A stretch of DNA of 63,365 bases, filler included, from Conidiobolus incongruus B7586 (lineage: Eukaryota), in NCBI GenBank assembly GCA_000697335.1. It is 7 parts of 7 records of this genome, joined end to end, with 100 filler letters (N's around TTAATTAATTAA, not from the genome) between each part and the next. Parts side by side here need not be neighbours in the genome. Positions count along the whole stretch, not along the records: positions 1 to 9,938 come from JNEM01006321.1; positions 10,039 to 20,821 come from JNEM01006322.1; 5 more parts are not named here. One strand, 5' to 3'. A model generated the notes under the pieces. That model was not told the DNA's origin, did no database searches, and saw only the letters and a program-made list of their open reading frames with translations. Within the stretch, counting starts at the first letter, position 1. Every line of letters starts with the position of its first letter. Shown one piece after another: positions 1-11,583 of the stretch. A program made the translations under genes and the position numbers.

Positions 1-311
1 TAGTGTAAGAAGTTAGTTGATTCTATACCCTACAAACTTAAAAAAGTTAAAAAAGCTAAAGGTAGATACACTAGGTTTTAATTTTTTTTTATCACCAAAA
101 ACCCACAAATTTATAACTCACCCTAGGTAAAATTAAAAAGTTTATATTTTAGTTAATTAATAGCTAAATATCATCATTTAATAATATATTTAATTAATAA
201 ATATAATAGATTTTAATTATTTAATTTAGATTTATTTTATTAAATATTAATCAAGTTATTAGTAAAAATATAAGTGTTTTTGATTTTATAACTCACTTTT
301 ACAAGTTAGTG
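1..311 (+). mobile_element. 3' end of Tc1-like DNA transposon (copy A), truncated by window edge
   Basis: Ends in TIR ...ttttgattttataactcacttttacaagttagtg followed by TA (312-313). It is the reverse complement of 1956-2265 and similar to ~4243-4552. Confidence 0.8.
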
Positions 312-313
312 TA

Positions 314-1072
314 TTAACACTAATTAGTTAAATTATAATATCTATATCTATTAACTTTAATATTTGTTTAATATTTTTATCAATAAATCAACAAGTTTTA
401 ACCTTTATTTTATTAATTATAATAAACATCCTAATTTAATAATTATTTTAAAACTTTAAATCAACTTACCTTTAATTATTATTGAATTTTAATTTAATAT
501 TAATTATATTAATTCCCTTGTTAAATTTAACTAGAAAGAAAATTAAAAGATTATAAAACAATAATATTCAAAGTTATTTAAGAATTTTTTTAAATATAAA
601 ACTAATATGTTTATATATTTAGAACAATCTAATTTTAAACTTATCTTATTTAAATCTAGCTTAAATCTAAAATACTTGCTATTATATTATAGTCTATATA
701 AAATTTAATCTATTGATTTAAATTTTGAAAATATTATCTTAGAATTACCTTTAACTTTAAAGATCAACTTTACCTTTCACATATCTAAAATCAAACCTTA
801 TTTTAAAAATTTTAACTTTTTTTTAATTGATTAAAAACTCTAAAACTAGATTTAATTATCAATTAAAATAAAGTAAAAAAAATACTATATTGATTATATA
901 ATTAAATCTAAATCTATTAGGAATAAGCTTTATTTTTATATAAAATAAATATGTTATCTTATTAAAAAAACTATATAAGAACCTTTAGAAAATATTAAAA
1001 ATATCTTAATCTATTATACCAATTTACAAAAATCTAAAGAATATATCTCTTTTAAGAAACTTATTAGGAAAA
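314..1072 (+). mobile_element. Degenerate Ty3/Gypsy (chromovirus) pol 3' end: integrase C-terminus plus chromodomain
   Basis: Decayed reading gives FHISKIKPY (~775-800) and a chromodomain-like ..KSIRNKLYFYIK*ICY..KKTI*EPLENI (~905-1000). An LTR follows immediately. Confidence 0.6.
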
Positions 1073-1404
1073 TATTAAAAGATTAATTTTTTAAATTCTT
1101 ATATATACTTTTATATAATTTAATTAACTATAAATTATATAATTAATTTTTACTTTTATAATTAAATTAATTATATAAATAATATTAAATTATTTAATAA
1201 GTTAGGTTTTTTTTTTCTTTTTAATTTTTACTATTTTTATCTTTTTCATTACTTTTAAAATTGAAACTACTTTTTATTAATATTATAATATATTAACACT
1301 ACCTAATATAAATTTTAATATATTAATAACTTATCCTAATTCAAAACTTAATTAAATTTTGTTTATATTTGTATATTACAGCTATATTATAATATTATAT
1401 TCTA

Positions 1405-4400
1405 TACTAACCTATAAAAATAACTCATAAAATAAAAATCACTTATATATTTACTTATAACTTAAACAATTCTTAACTAAATTAATTTAAATTAAAGTAT
1501 ATAATTAGAGTATATTACTTGATTATAATAGGTTATATTTAATTATATTTAATATATTATTAGTTAATATATTAAATCTTAGATTTTAAATAAAATAAGT
1601 TATAAATTTGTAGGTTTAAGTGTTAAAAAGGTATATAAAACAAAAATTACTTAAATTGTTTTGTTTTTTATTAAATTATATATATTTTTACTAATAATAT
1701 TATTGTAAATTATTATTTTAAATAATATTAGTATTAAAATACCTAAATCTCTTTCTAAAAAAAATCACTTGTATATTAATCAACTTTATAGTAAAAATAA
1801 ATCAACTTATAAGATTATTAGAATTACTAGTGTTAGCTAGTTTATTATAATTAAAGCTGTTAAAAATTATAGTAAAGATATATTTAAATATAAACTTAAG
1901 TATATTAAGATTATAGATAAATATAATAAAAAATATATTTATAAGTTAGTTAATACACTAACCTACAAAAATAAGTTATAAAATCAAAAACACCTATATT
2001 TTTACTAATAACTTAATTAATATTTAATAGAATAAACCTAAATTAAATAATTAAAATCTATTATATTTATTAGTTATATATATCATTAAATGATAATATT
2101 TAGCTATTAATTGGTTAAAATATAAACCTTTAAATTTTACCTAAGGTGAGTTATAAATTTGTAGGTTTTTGGTGATAAAAAAAATTAAAACCTAGTGTAT
2201 CTACCTTTAACTTTTCTAACTTCTTTAAGTTTGTGGGGTATAGAATCAACTAACTTCTTACACTAAAAAGGGTTAATCTTGTTCTATACTTCTTAAACAT
2301 ATTCTTAAAGTTAATCTAAATTTTTTACTGGGGGGAAAACTTTAATAGCTTTTTTTAACTAATCCTAAAGGTGTTTAATTAGATTAAAGTTAAGAGATTA
2401 AAAAAACCACTTCATAACTGTTATCTTGTTATTTTTAAGCTAATTGGTAATAGAAGTTGTAGTATAATAAAAGGTATTATCTTACTAGAAAATAACATTA
2501 GATTTGTTTAACCTATACTATTTAATGGTTTTTTTTAATTTATTGTTTTGAATACTTTAGTATATTTTAACATTAATTCCCTTATTAACTTTATAAAGAT
2601 ATCTTACACCTAAAGACAACATATATCCCTAAACAATAATTAACCCACTATTATACTTTTGGGTAAAATTAACATAATAGTCATAAAGTAGTTTTGTATC
2701 TTTTTTGAAGCATTTAACTTTTTTATCAAATCTACTAAAGTATATTTTTATTTTATTAAACTAAATAACCTTACTCTAATTAGTTTTAGTTTAACATTAG
2801 TAGTGACATTTAAACTCTTGCCTACTTTTATAATAGGATTTTTTTAGTTGGGGGTGTTTTTTCTTAAAGTGGTATCTATGCTAACATATAATATATATAA
2901 TAGTATCAGTGTTAACTAATATTCTTGTATAGTTTTATAGTTCTTGTTATATTTCTACAATAGTACTACACTTACCTGTATTAATTAACCTACAGATATA
3001 CTTCTTATCATATTCATTTATGATTTTAATATACTTAAGTTTAAGTTTAAATGTTTTTTTATTGCTATTCTTAACAACTTTAACTATAGTAAACTAGCTA
3101 ACACTAGTAATTCTAGCAATATCATAAGTTAATTTACCTTTTTTATAAAGTTGATTAATACACAAGTAGATTTTTTTAAAGAGGGATTTAAGTATAATAA
3201 TACTAATAAAAAAAATTTAGTATATCTATAAAATATTATATAAAATAATAGCAAAGAAAGAAAAAAAAATAAGGTTATAAATTGTTAAATATACCCCTTT
3301 ATCTCAAAAACCTGTAAATTTATAACTTACCTTAGTTAAATATTAAAGGTTAATATTTTTGCTAATAGTTTATTAAACATATTTAAATATATTTATTTAT
3401 TATTAGATAGTATACCTTAATTATATATTATAGTTTTAAGTAATCTAATATATACAATTGTTTTAGTTATTAATTAAAATATATATATTTTTGATTTTAT
3501 AACTTACTTTTTTAGGTTAGTATATAAGTAAATATAATATTACTATAAAAGTATAGAAAAAATTATAAGATTATATAAGAATATTAGTTAGTATTAATAC
3601 TATTATATATACTTTTTATTATAATAGATATTACTTATATTTTAAGAAAAAACACCCCCAATTAAAAAAGTCCCACTATAAAATTAGGTGGGAGTTTAAA
3701 TGTTATCACTAAAGTTAAACTAAAACTAATTAGAGTAAGCTTATTTAGTTTAATGAAATAAAAATATACTTTAGTAGATTTAATAAAAAAGCTAAATATT
3801 TTAAAAAAACAAAGAATTACTTTGTAACTATTATATAATTTTAACCTAAAAATATAATGGTGGGTTAATTATAATTCAGGGATATATGTTATCTTCTAGT
3901 ATAAGGTATTTTTATAAAGTTGATGAGGGAATTAATACTAAAATATACTAAAATATTCTAAACAATAAATTAAAAAAACTATTGAATAATATAAGTTAAA
4001 TAAATCAGATGTTATTTTCTAATAAGATAATACCTTTTGTTATATTATTATTTTTACTACCAAATAATTGAAAATAATAAAATAATAGTTATAAAGTAGC
4101 TTCTTTAATCTTTTAACTTTAATCTAATTAAATACCTTTAAGATTAGTTAAAAAAATAGTTAAAGTTTTCCTACCAGTAAAAATTTTAAATAAGCTTTAG
4201 GAATATATTTAAAAAGCTGAAAAAACAAAATTAATCTTTCTTAATATAAAAAGTTAATTGATTCTATACCCTAAAAACTTAAGGAAGTTAAGAAAGTAAA
4301 AGGTAGATATATTAAGTTTTAATTTTCTTTCTATAACCAAAACACACAAATTTATAACTTATCTTAAGTAAAATTTAAACTTTAATATATCAACTAAAAT

Positions 4401-4552
4401 TTAATATAATTAGATCAAATATACTTAATTATAAATAAATAATATAAGTTTATTATATGTTTTAATTTAAATTAATTTGATTAAGAATTAACAGAATTAT
4501 TGATAATAATATATATAATTATAATTTTATAACTCACTTTTACAGGCTAGTA
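1405..4552 (+). mobile_element. Tc1-like transposon copy C (1405-1955 plus 3525-4552, ~1.58 kb), interrupted by copy B
   Basis: TIRs tactaacctataaaaataactcataaaat... and ...attttataactcacttttacaggctagta, flanked by TA. Decayed transposase motifs: GGLIIIQGYM..KVDEGINT (cf. GGSVMVWGC), F**DNT (cf. FQQDNA), *SFNFNLIKYL* (cf. QSPDLNPIEHLW). Confidence 0.8.
1956..3522 (-). mobile_element. Full-length Tc1-like transposon copy B (~1.57 kb), pseudogenised transposase
   Basis: TIR cactaacctacaaaaataagttataaaatcaaaaa at 1956 and its inverse ending at 3522. TA duplication at 1954-55 and 3523-24. Host copy C resumes in register afterwards. Confidence 0.85.
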
Positions 4553-4979
4553 TATGTTACATTACTTTTATATTAAGTTTTCCTCTATACTATATCAATA
4601 TTTATTACTATACTTATAAAATCTTTACTTAATATTATTAAACTTTATTTATTATCTTTTTACTTATATAAAATATTACTTATAGAACATATCTATCTAG
4701 TATATAAATAAGCGCTACTTATATTAATAAAGTATTTAAAACATTTTTATCTATATTTATCTTTTAATCTTATTTATATCTAAACAAATAACTACTCTCT
4801 TATATATATCAAAAATCAAAAAAAATTAAGTAAATAACAAATTAATTAAATTAATTATATTTAAAAATTTAATCTTAAGATAGAATATATTAAAAAAACT
4901 TATAATAATATTATTAACTTACTATTTAAAAGAATTAATTATATACCTCTGTAGTTAAAATATCAAAATCCTATTCCTT

Positions 4980-6930
4980 AGTTAAATAATATTATTATCA
5001 ATTATAAATTTAACCTATTTTAAAATATAAAGTTTATTTTAAATTATGATGATTAATTTAGCACTATTAAATCTTTACTTAACAAAACAAATAAAGTTAA
5101 AGTTTTATAATGTATAAAACAATATAATTTCTTCAATAATCTTTTTTATTATTAATTTTATATTTAATTTTTAATTTTTTAAATATCAAAGTTAAAACCC
5201 TTATTATATATTATAATAATATAATTAGTGATTATTAAAGTTAATTAAAATTTTATAAAAAAATAACATTAAATTTTTATTAATTATATATTAAAACTGA
5301 AGTTAAAAAATATATGCTCTGATATAATAAATACTAATATAATAAATCTAATAACTAACTATCTTTTAAAACTTTAAACTTTTTATCTATTTTTAAAGAT
5401 TATTTGAAAGATATTATTATAAATTTTACTAATATACTAAAGTTTAATACAGATTAAAATAGTATTATAATTATTGCTAATTAACTCATAAAAATACTAT
5501 ATTTAATCTTAATAAAATATTAAAAAAATATTAAAACAATTGCTAGATTATTGGTTTAATATATATTTTGATATTATTAGTTTTTTTATACCATTATAAT
5601 AAATTATGATACCTATTTTACTTCAAAATTTTAGATTACTTTTATAAAACTACTTAATTATTAAAATATTCTTAACTTTTCTTAATATCAACAAACTAAT
5701 AAATAATTAAAAGAATATATTTATATAGTTAAAAAAGCTTTAAAACTATATCTTAAATATAATATATTTAATTAAAAACAAATATTATCTTTTTTAAAAT
5801 TTACCCTCAATGGTTTTATTAATTTATCTATTAAAATAATTTTATTTTACTTGATTTATACTTATTATCCTAAAGTTTAATAATTATAAGATTTAATAAC
5901 CTAATTATTTAAAACTCAATTAACTTTCTAAAACACTATAATATATTATTTGTAAGTATGGTGGTAAATACCAATATAATACAAAAGAAAATTTTAATAT
6001 AAAAATAATATAACATAGAGTATAGTTTTATAATGTAGCTATAGTGTGCAAATATAAATAAAGTTTAATTAAGCTTCAAACTAGGATAAGTCACTGATAT
6101 ATTAAAATTTATATTAGGTAGTACCAATATATTGTAATATTGACAAGATATAGTTTTAATCTTAGAAATAATGAGAAAGATAAGAAATAATAAGAATTGA
6201 GAGAAAAAAGGAGAAACCTTGTTTATTAGATACTTTAATATTATTTATATAAATAATTTAGGTATAAAAATATAAATTAATTATGTAATTTATAGTTAAT
6301 AAAATTATATAGAAATATATATAAAAATTTAAAGAACTAGTTTATTAATATTATTAATACTTGCATAAGAAAAAATCACCTATATATAAAATAAACAAGT
6401 TATATATTTTAACCAACACCACTATTATATTAAAAATTATTTATCTAGGATATTAATAATAGTTTAAGAAAATAAAATTAAATCTTCTTATAATAAGAAA
6501 TAACTTGACTTTAAATTAAAACCAAACTAACTCAAACCTTATTTTATTATAGATAAAAGAAATCATTTTAATATCTATACTTTAGATTTATCTCAAAAAA
6601 TAAAAATTCATTTTATGTTCTACACTAGTATATTAAAACCATACTATAATCTATTATTATAGTTTAATAACTAAAGATATGAATATTATAAATTACCTTC
6701 TTAAAGTAACCAACAAGATTACCTTTTTATTATTAATAAAATTCTTAACCAAAAACACCATTATACCTAAGATTTATATTTTGTCTAATAGAAAAGATAT
6801 CTTAGAAATAAAGCTACTTGGGAATACTATAATAATGCTAAAAAGACCAATGCTTATTATAATAATAGTAAGAAACACTTAAAAATTAGAATATTTCCTA
6901 ATAAAAATACCTTAATTTTAAGGGATTATT
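4980..6930 (+). mobile_element. Second degenerate Gypsy/chromovirus integrase-chromodomain region, interrupted by a solo LTR (boundaries approximate)
   Basis: Decayed motifs YDTYFTSKF* (cf. DRDPRFTSKFW), QQTNK* (cf. PQTDGQ), IHFMFYTSILKPY (cf. IHPVFHVSLLKPY) and YFV**K (cf. YLVKWKG). Confidence 0.55.
5951..6350 (-). mobile_element. Solo LTR (400 bp), same family as 1073-4618 and 39824-40209
   Basis: Starts TGTAAG and ends ATA (mutated ACA). 5-bp target duplication TTATT on both sides. Co-linear with 39824-40209. Confidence 0.8.
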
Positions 6931-7171
6931 AGAGATTAAATTATTTTATCATTTTTATAACATATTAATTATATTTGCTTATTTTATTTTATCTTTTTAT
7001 TTATTTAATCTTATTTTGCTTTATTTTCTTTTTGAACCCTTACCAATCCTTAAATATAAAAAAACAACTATCATCAAATAAACAAGGAATTTTTTTTATT
7101 TTATTCATATTAAAACAATTAATATATATACTAACCTATAAAAATAAATTATAAAATTAAAAATATATATA

Positions 7172-8491
7172 TTAGTATGGAAATTAAGAAATGGCAAATT
7201 TTTTAATTTCTGATCTTTCAAACATATTATACATTTTGAAAGATTATATATATATAAAATATATAGGAAAATAAATATTTTCAAACTATATATATATATT
7301 CAATTTTAATTATTTTTTTTATTAAAATATTTTGATTTTAAAATTTACACTTAAATTTAATCATGCTTAAACTAGATTGTGATTATCAAAAGGCTTTTAT
7401 TTTTGTATCTTTAAAACTTAACCATAAACCCTCTAAAATCATCTAAAACTTACAAACAGTTTATAGAGATGGTGCTTTATCTAAAACTACCATATATTGC
7501 TGGATTTGTGATTTTAAAGCTGGAAGGGACACTATTCAAAATTTACCAAAATCTAGAAGACCAATTTCTACTGTTACTCTTTCACTTACCAATAGAGTAA
7601 AAAAATATATTAAGAAATACCCTTTTATTTCTGTTAGAGAACTATCAAAGTAATTTAATATTAATCATATAAGCATGTTATATTTACTTAAGTTTAAACT
7701 TAGATTAATTAATAAAAATGTAAAATGGATACCTTATAATTTAACAGAAGCCTAAAAGAAAACTAGAGTAGCTATAGCTAAACTAAACTTATTAAGGTAT
7801 AACCAAAAACAAAGGTTTTTACAGTGAATACTTGCAATTGATGAATTTTGGATTCCTTTATATAATCCTTTACCTAAAAATAAAACAAGATGTTAGGTTA
7901 AGCCAAATCAATCCCCTCCACAAATTCCAATGAATAAGCACTTTGAATATAAGTGAATGTTAATTGTTGTAATAGATTATAATGGTATATGGTTTTTTTA
8001 TTTAATACCTCAAGGAAAATCAATTAATAGTAAGTTATATATTACTTTTTTAAATAAAACAATTTTTAAATGGTGTTCTCAATATAAATTAAAGACACCT
8101 ATTATTTTGCATGATAATTGCAAAATACATAAAGCTAAAGCTGTAAAAGATTTTTTATATAAAAAAAATTGGAGGGAGTTACCACATCCAGTATATTCAC
8201 CTGATTATAATCCATGTGATTATAATTGTTTTGGACAATTAAAAAAACAGCTTACAGGAAAAAAAATTCCTGCAAACAAATTAAATTGGTTTGTAAAACA
8301 TCAAATTTCAGTCTTTAATAAAAAGAACTGTTTTTTAGATATTAGAAGCTTACTAAAGGTATAGAAAAGAGTTATTAATAATAAAGGAGGCTATTAATTT
8401 TATATTATTCATTAAATTTTATATATTATTTATTAATTTATTTGTTTAATTTTAATTTTAAAATTGTACCATTATTTAATTTCTACACTAA
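7172..8491 (+). mobile_element. Full-length mariner (DD34D) element, 1320 bp, subfamily 1
   Basis: TIRs ttagtatggaaattaagaaatgg and ccattatttaatttctacactaa, with TA duplication at 7170-71 and 8492-93. Confidence 0.9.
7363..8397 (+). pseudogene. Mariner transposase pseudogene (345 codons, several in-frame stops)
   Basis: ATG 7363 to TAA 8397 in one frame. Motifs WIPYNL (cf. WVPHEL), AIDEFW, LHDNCKIH and YSPDYNPCDY, with 34 residues between the second and third catalytic Asp. Confidence 0.9.
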
Positions 8492-10788
8492 TATTTCTAT
8501 TAATATCTTAATCAATTTTAATTTAAATAAACTTATAATAAACTATGTAATTAATATATACTTTTTATTTATAATATAATATATAAAGTTAAATTTAATT
8601 AATAATTAATTGATATATTAAAACTAAAAGCATATTTAAAATGAGTTATAAATTTGTAGGTTTTAGTATTAATAGAAAAATTAATATCTAGTATATCTAT
8701 CTTTTGCTTTTTTAACTTCTTTAAGTTTATAGGATATAGAGTCAATTAGTTTCTTATATTAAGCAAGATTAATATTATTCTAAGCTTCTTAAATATACTC
8801 TTGAAGTTGATTTAAATTTTTTGCTAGTGGGAAAGCTTTAATTAATTTTTTTAGTTAATCCCAAAGATGTTTAATTAGGTTAAAATTAAGAGATCAAAGA
8901 GGTTATTTCATAATAGTTATTTTATTAATTTTAAGCTATTTAATAATAGAATTTGTAATATAACAAGGTGTATTATCTTGTTGAAAAATAATATTTGATT
9001 TTTTTTATTTATACCATTTAATAGTTTTTTTCAATTTATTGTTTAAAATACTTTAATATATCTCAGTATTAATTCCCTTATAAACCCTACAAAGATACCC
9101 TACACCTAAAGATAATATATATCCCTAAACTATAATTTACCTACTATTATATTTTTGGGTTATAATAATATAATAATTATAAAGTAGTTTTTGATTTTTT
9201 TTGAAATATCTAGCTTTTTTATTAGATTTATTAAAATATATCTTTGTTTTATTAAATTAAATAACTTTACTCTAGTTAATTTCAATTCAACTTTAGTGTT
9301 GACATTTAAATTCCCACTTAGTTTTATAATAGTACTTTTTTAATTAGGTGTGTTTTTTTTTAAATTGTAAGTAATATCTATTCTAATATAAAATATATAT
9401 AATAATATTAATATTAATTAATATTCTTATATAGTTTTATAATTCTTGTTATACTTCAATAGTAATATTACACTTACCTGTATTAACTAATCTATAAATA
9501 TATTTTTTATTATCTTTATCTATAATTTTAATATACTTAAGTTTTAATTTAGGTGTTTTTTTAACATTGTTCTTAATAACCTTAGTTATAATAGATTAGT
9601 TAATATTAATAATTCTAGCAATCTTATGAGTTGATTTATTTTTATTATAAAGTTGATTAATATATAAGTGAACTTTTTTAAAGAGAGATTTAAACATTAT
9701 AATATTAATTTTAAAATATTATCTTAATAGTTTTATAATATATATAATATAACAAAAGAAAAAAAAGATATAAGTTTTGTTTTTTATATTTTTTGAACTT
9801 ATAAACCCATAAATTTATAACTCACCTTGGTTAAGTTTTAAGTTTTGATATATTAACCAATAGTTAATAAAATATAATTAAATATAGTTAGTTATAATCA
9901 ATTAATATAGGTAAATTATATATTTTAATTTAAATTTANNNNNNNNNNNNNNNNNNNNNNNNNNNNNNNNNNNNNNNNNNNNTTAATTAATTAANNNNNN
10001 NNNNNNNNNNNNNNNNNNNNNNNNNNNNNNNNNNNNNNAGTTAACTTAAATGGTTGAAATTGATTTCAAATTAAAAAATAAAATATATATTGTTATTATC
10101 AATTTAAACTATATATTATTTTGGATATCTTAAATTTTTAATAGAATATCATATTCTTATATCAAAATATTTGAATATCATATAATAAAAATAAAGGGTT
10201 ATGAAGTAATATATAGGGTTTTATATTAATATTTAAAAATAATAAATATTAAACTTTTATTAAATTTATTAAATAGGTTGAATATGGATCATTATTCATT
10301 AATTATTTAATTTTGACTTGAGGAATTCAAGTTTGATTATATTTGAATTTTTATATAACGTGGTCTAAAATTATAATATGCTAATTATTTAATTATATGG
10401 TAGTATTATTAAATTATATATAGATATAAATATATATTGCTAATATATTATCTCAAATTCGAAAATTAATTATTCTGATTTTATTTGTTACTTATTATTA
10501 TTTCAAAAAAACATGTTGAAAATGTGATATTCATATATATATATTTTGAAATACTATTATTTTAAAAATAATGAAGTGAATAAAGATAAAGACAAGTTAA
10601 TTCTATGATGAAAGTTGGTGATAATCCTAATACAGAAAGGATTTAAAATGAGATATATCTGAAGAAATAATATATATGAATTGATAAATTATTTATAATC
10701 ATTTAAAGTTTATGTAATAATTATATATAAAAGAAAAATATGAATGTCGTTGGAAAATACTTTCAAAAATAATATCAATATTAAGATA

Positions 10789-10869
10789 CGACAAGAGCAG
10801 GATTTGAACCTACGCGGGAAATCCCATGTGCTTTCTAGGCACACGCCTTAACCACTCGGCCATCTTGTC
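10789..10869 (-). tRNA. tRNA-Ser (anticodon AGA)
   Basis: Minus strand GACAAGATGGCCGAGTGGTTAAGGCG-TGTGC-CTAGAAA-GCACA, long variable arm, GTTCAAATC T-loop, acceptor stem closing ..TCTTGTC-G. Confidence 0.93.
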
Positions 10870-11373
10870 ATAAAGCTCTTTCCAATTAAGAGATATTTCT
10901 CAACTTATATCAACATTTCGTAATTACTATATTTGAAATACTCATTTTTTTAAAAATCATAATTATAAATATTAATTTATTAAAACTATGTCAATCTCAC
11001 AATTTATATAATTTTAATTCCGAATTTTATTTATATAAATAATTAATATATTATTTATTCCATTTAAATTTATTATCATTTTTATTATTTTAAAAAAAAA
11101 TTTTATTTAAATTTGTATTATATTATTATATTTAAAATAAAAATAAAAATAATATATTAAATAAATTAATATTAAACCTTTTAGATTTAAAAAGATTAGA
11201 TAAAATTTGATTTGATTAGATTATAAATAATTTAAGAACAAATAAATATTAAAATAAATATATTAAAATAAAAAAAAAAACATTAAAAAACAGTCTAATT
11301 TATTTTATAATTAAAATAAAATTAATTAATTTATACTTTATTTAAGAATTCATATTATACAATAATAAAACAT

Positions 11374-11583
11374 TTATCGAGTGAAGTTAAGTTTTCTTGT
11401 ATTGCACCAGAAATCGACTGGTGGTAGATCTGAGTGTTTGGTCAATGTGGCATCCGTCAAAACCAATGAAGCCCTTCGAGATGGTGTAGGAGAAGTGACG
11501 CATGATGTAGATGGAGTGCAATTCGTGGAGTTAGTAGATGGCATAGTGTGTTTTGGCATTTCCGTAAGATATGTATATTCCAT
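11374..11583 (-). CDS. Ser/Thr-ladder microprotein family, copy 1 (69 aa, most divergent)
   Basis: GC-richer ORF in AT-rich context. MEYTYLTEM...NSTNCTPSTSCVTSPTPSRRAS aligns without gaps to five paralogs. TATAAATA (minus) at 11648-11655. Confidence 0.8.
   Translation of the reverse strand: MEYTYLTEMPKHTMPSTNSTNCTPSTSCVTSPTPSRRASLVLTDATLTKHSDLPPVDFWCNTRKLNFTR

Larger units (their letters stand above)
1073..4618 (+). mobile_element. Gypsy LTR (segments 1073-1404 and 4555-4618) split by nested Tc1 insertions
   Basis: The two segments together are the reverse complement of the solo LTRs at 5951-6350 and 39824-40209. Confidence 0.75.
7129..9938 (-). mobile_element. Tc1-like copy D, interrupted by a mariner and truncated by a gap
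   Basis: TIR tactaacctataaaaataaattataaaattaaaaa at 7129. Segment 8494-9938 is co-linear with copy B, including ..NFNLIKHLWD on the minus strand. Confidence 0.75.

Noticed and set aside
1956..1960. CACTA terminus suggesting an EnSpm/CACTA element
   Set aside because: TA duplication, 1.6-kb length and Tc1 transposase motifs indicate Tc1.
1..2265. Long inverted repeat (1-311 vs 1956-2265) resembling a giant hairpin or large-TIR element
   Set aside because: Explained by two oppositely oriented copies of the same Tc1 family.
6679..6882. 67-aa ORF
   Set aside because: Chance frame within decayed Gypsy chromodomain sequence.
9939..10038. TTAATTAATTAA palindrome embedded in N-runs, recurring at six gaps
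   Set aside because: Artificial scaffolding linker with stops in all frames, not biological.
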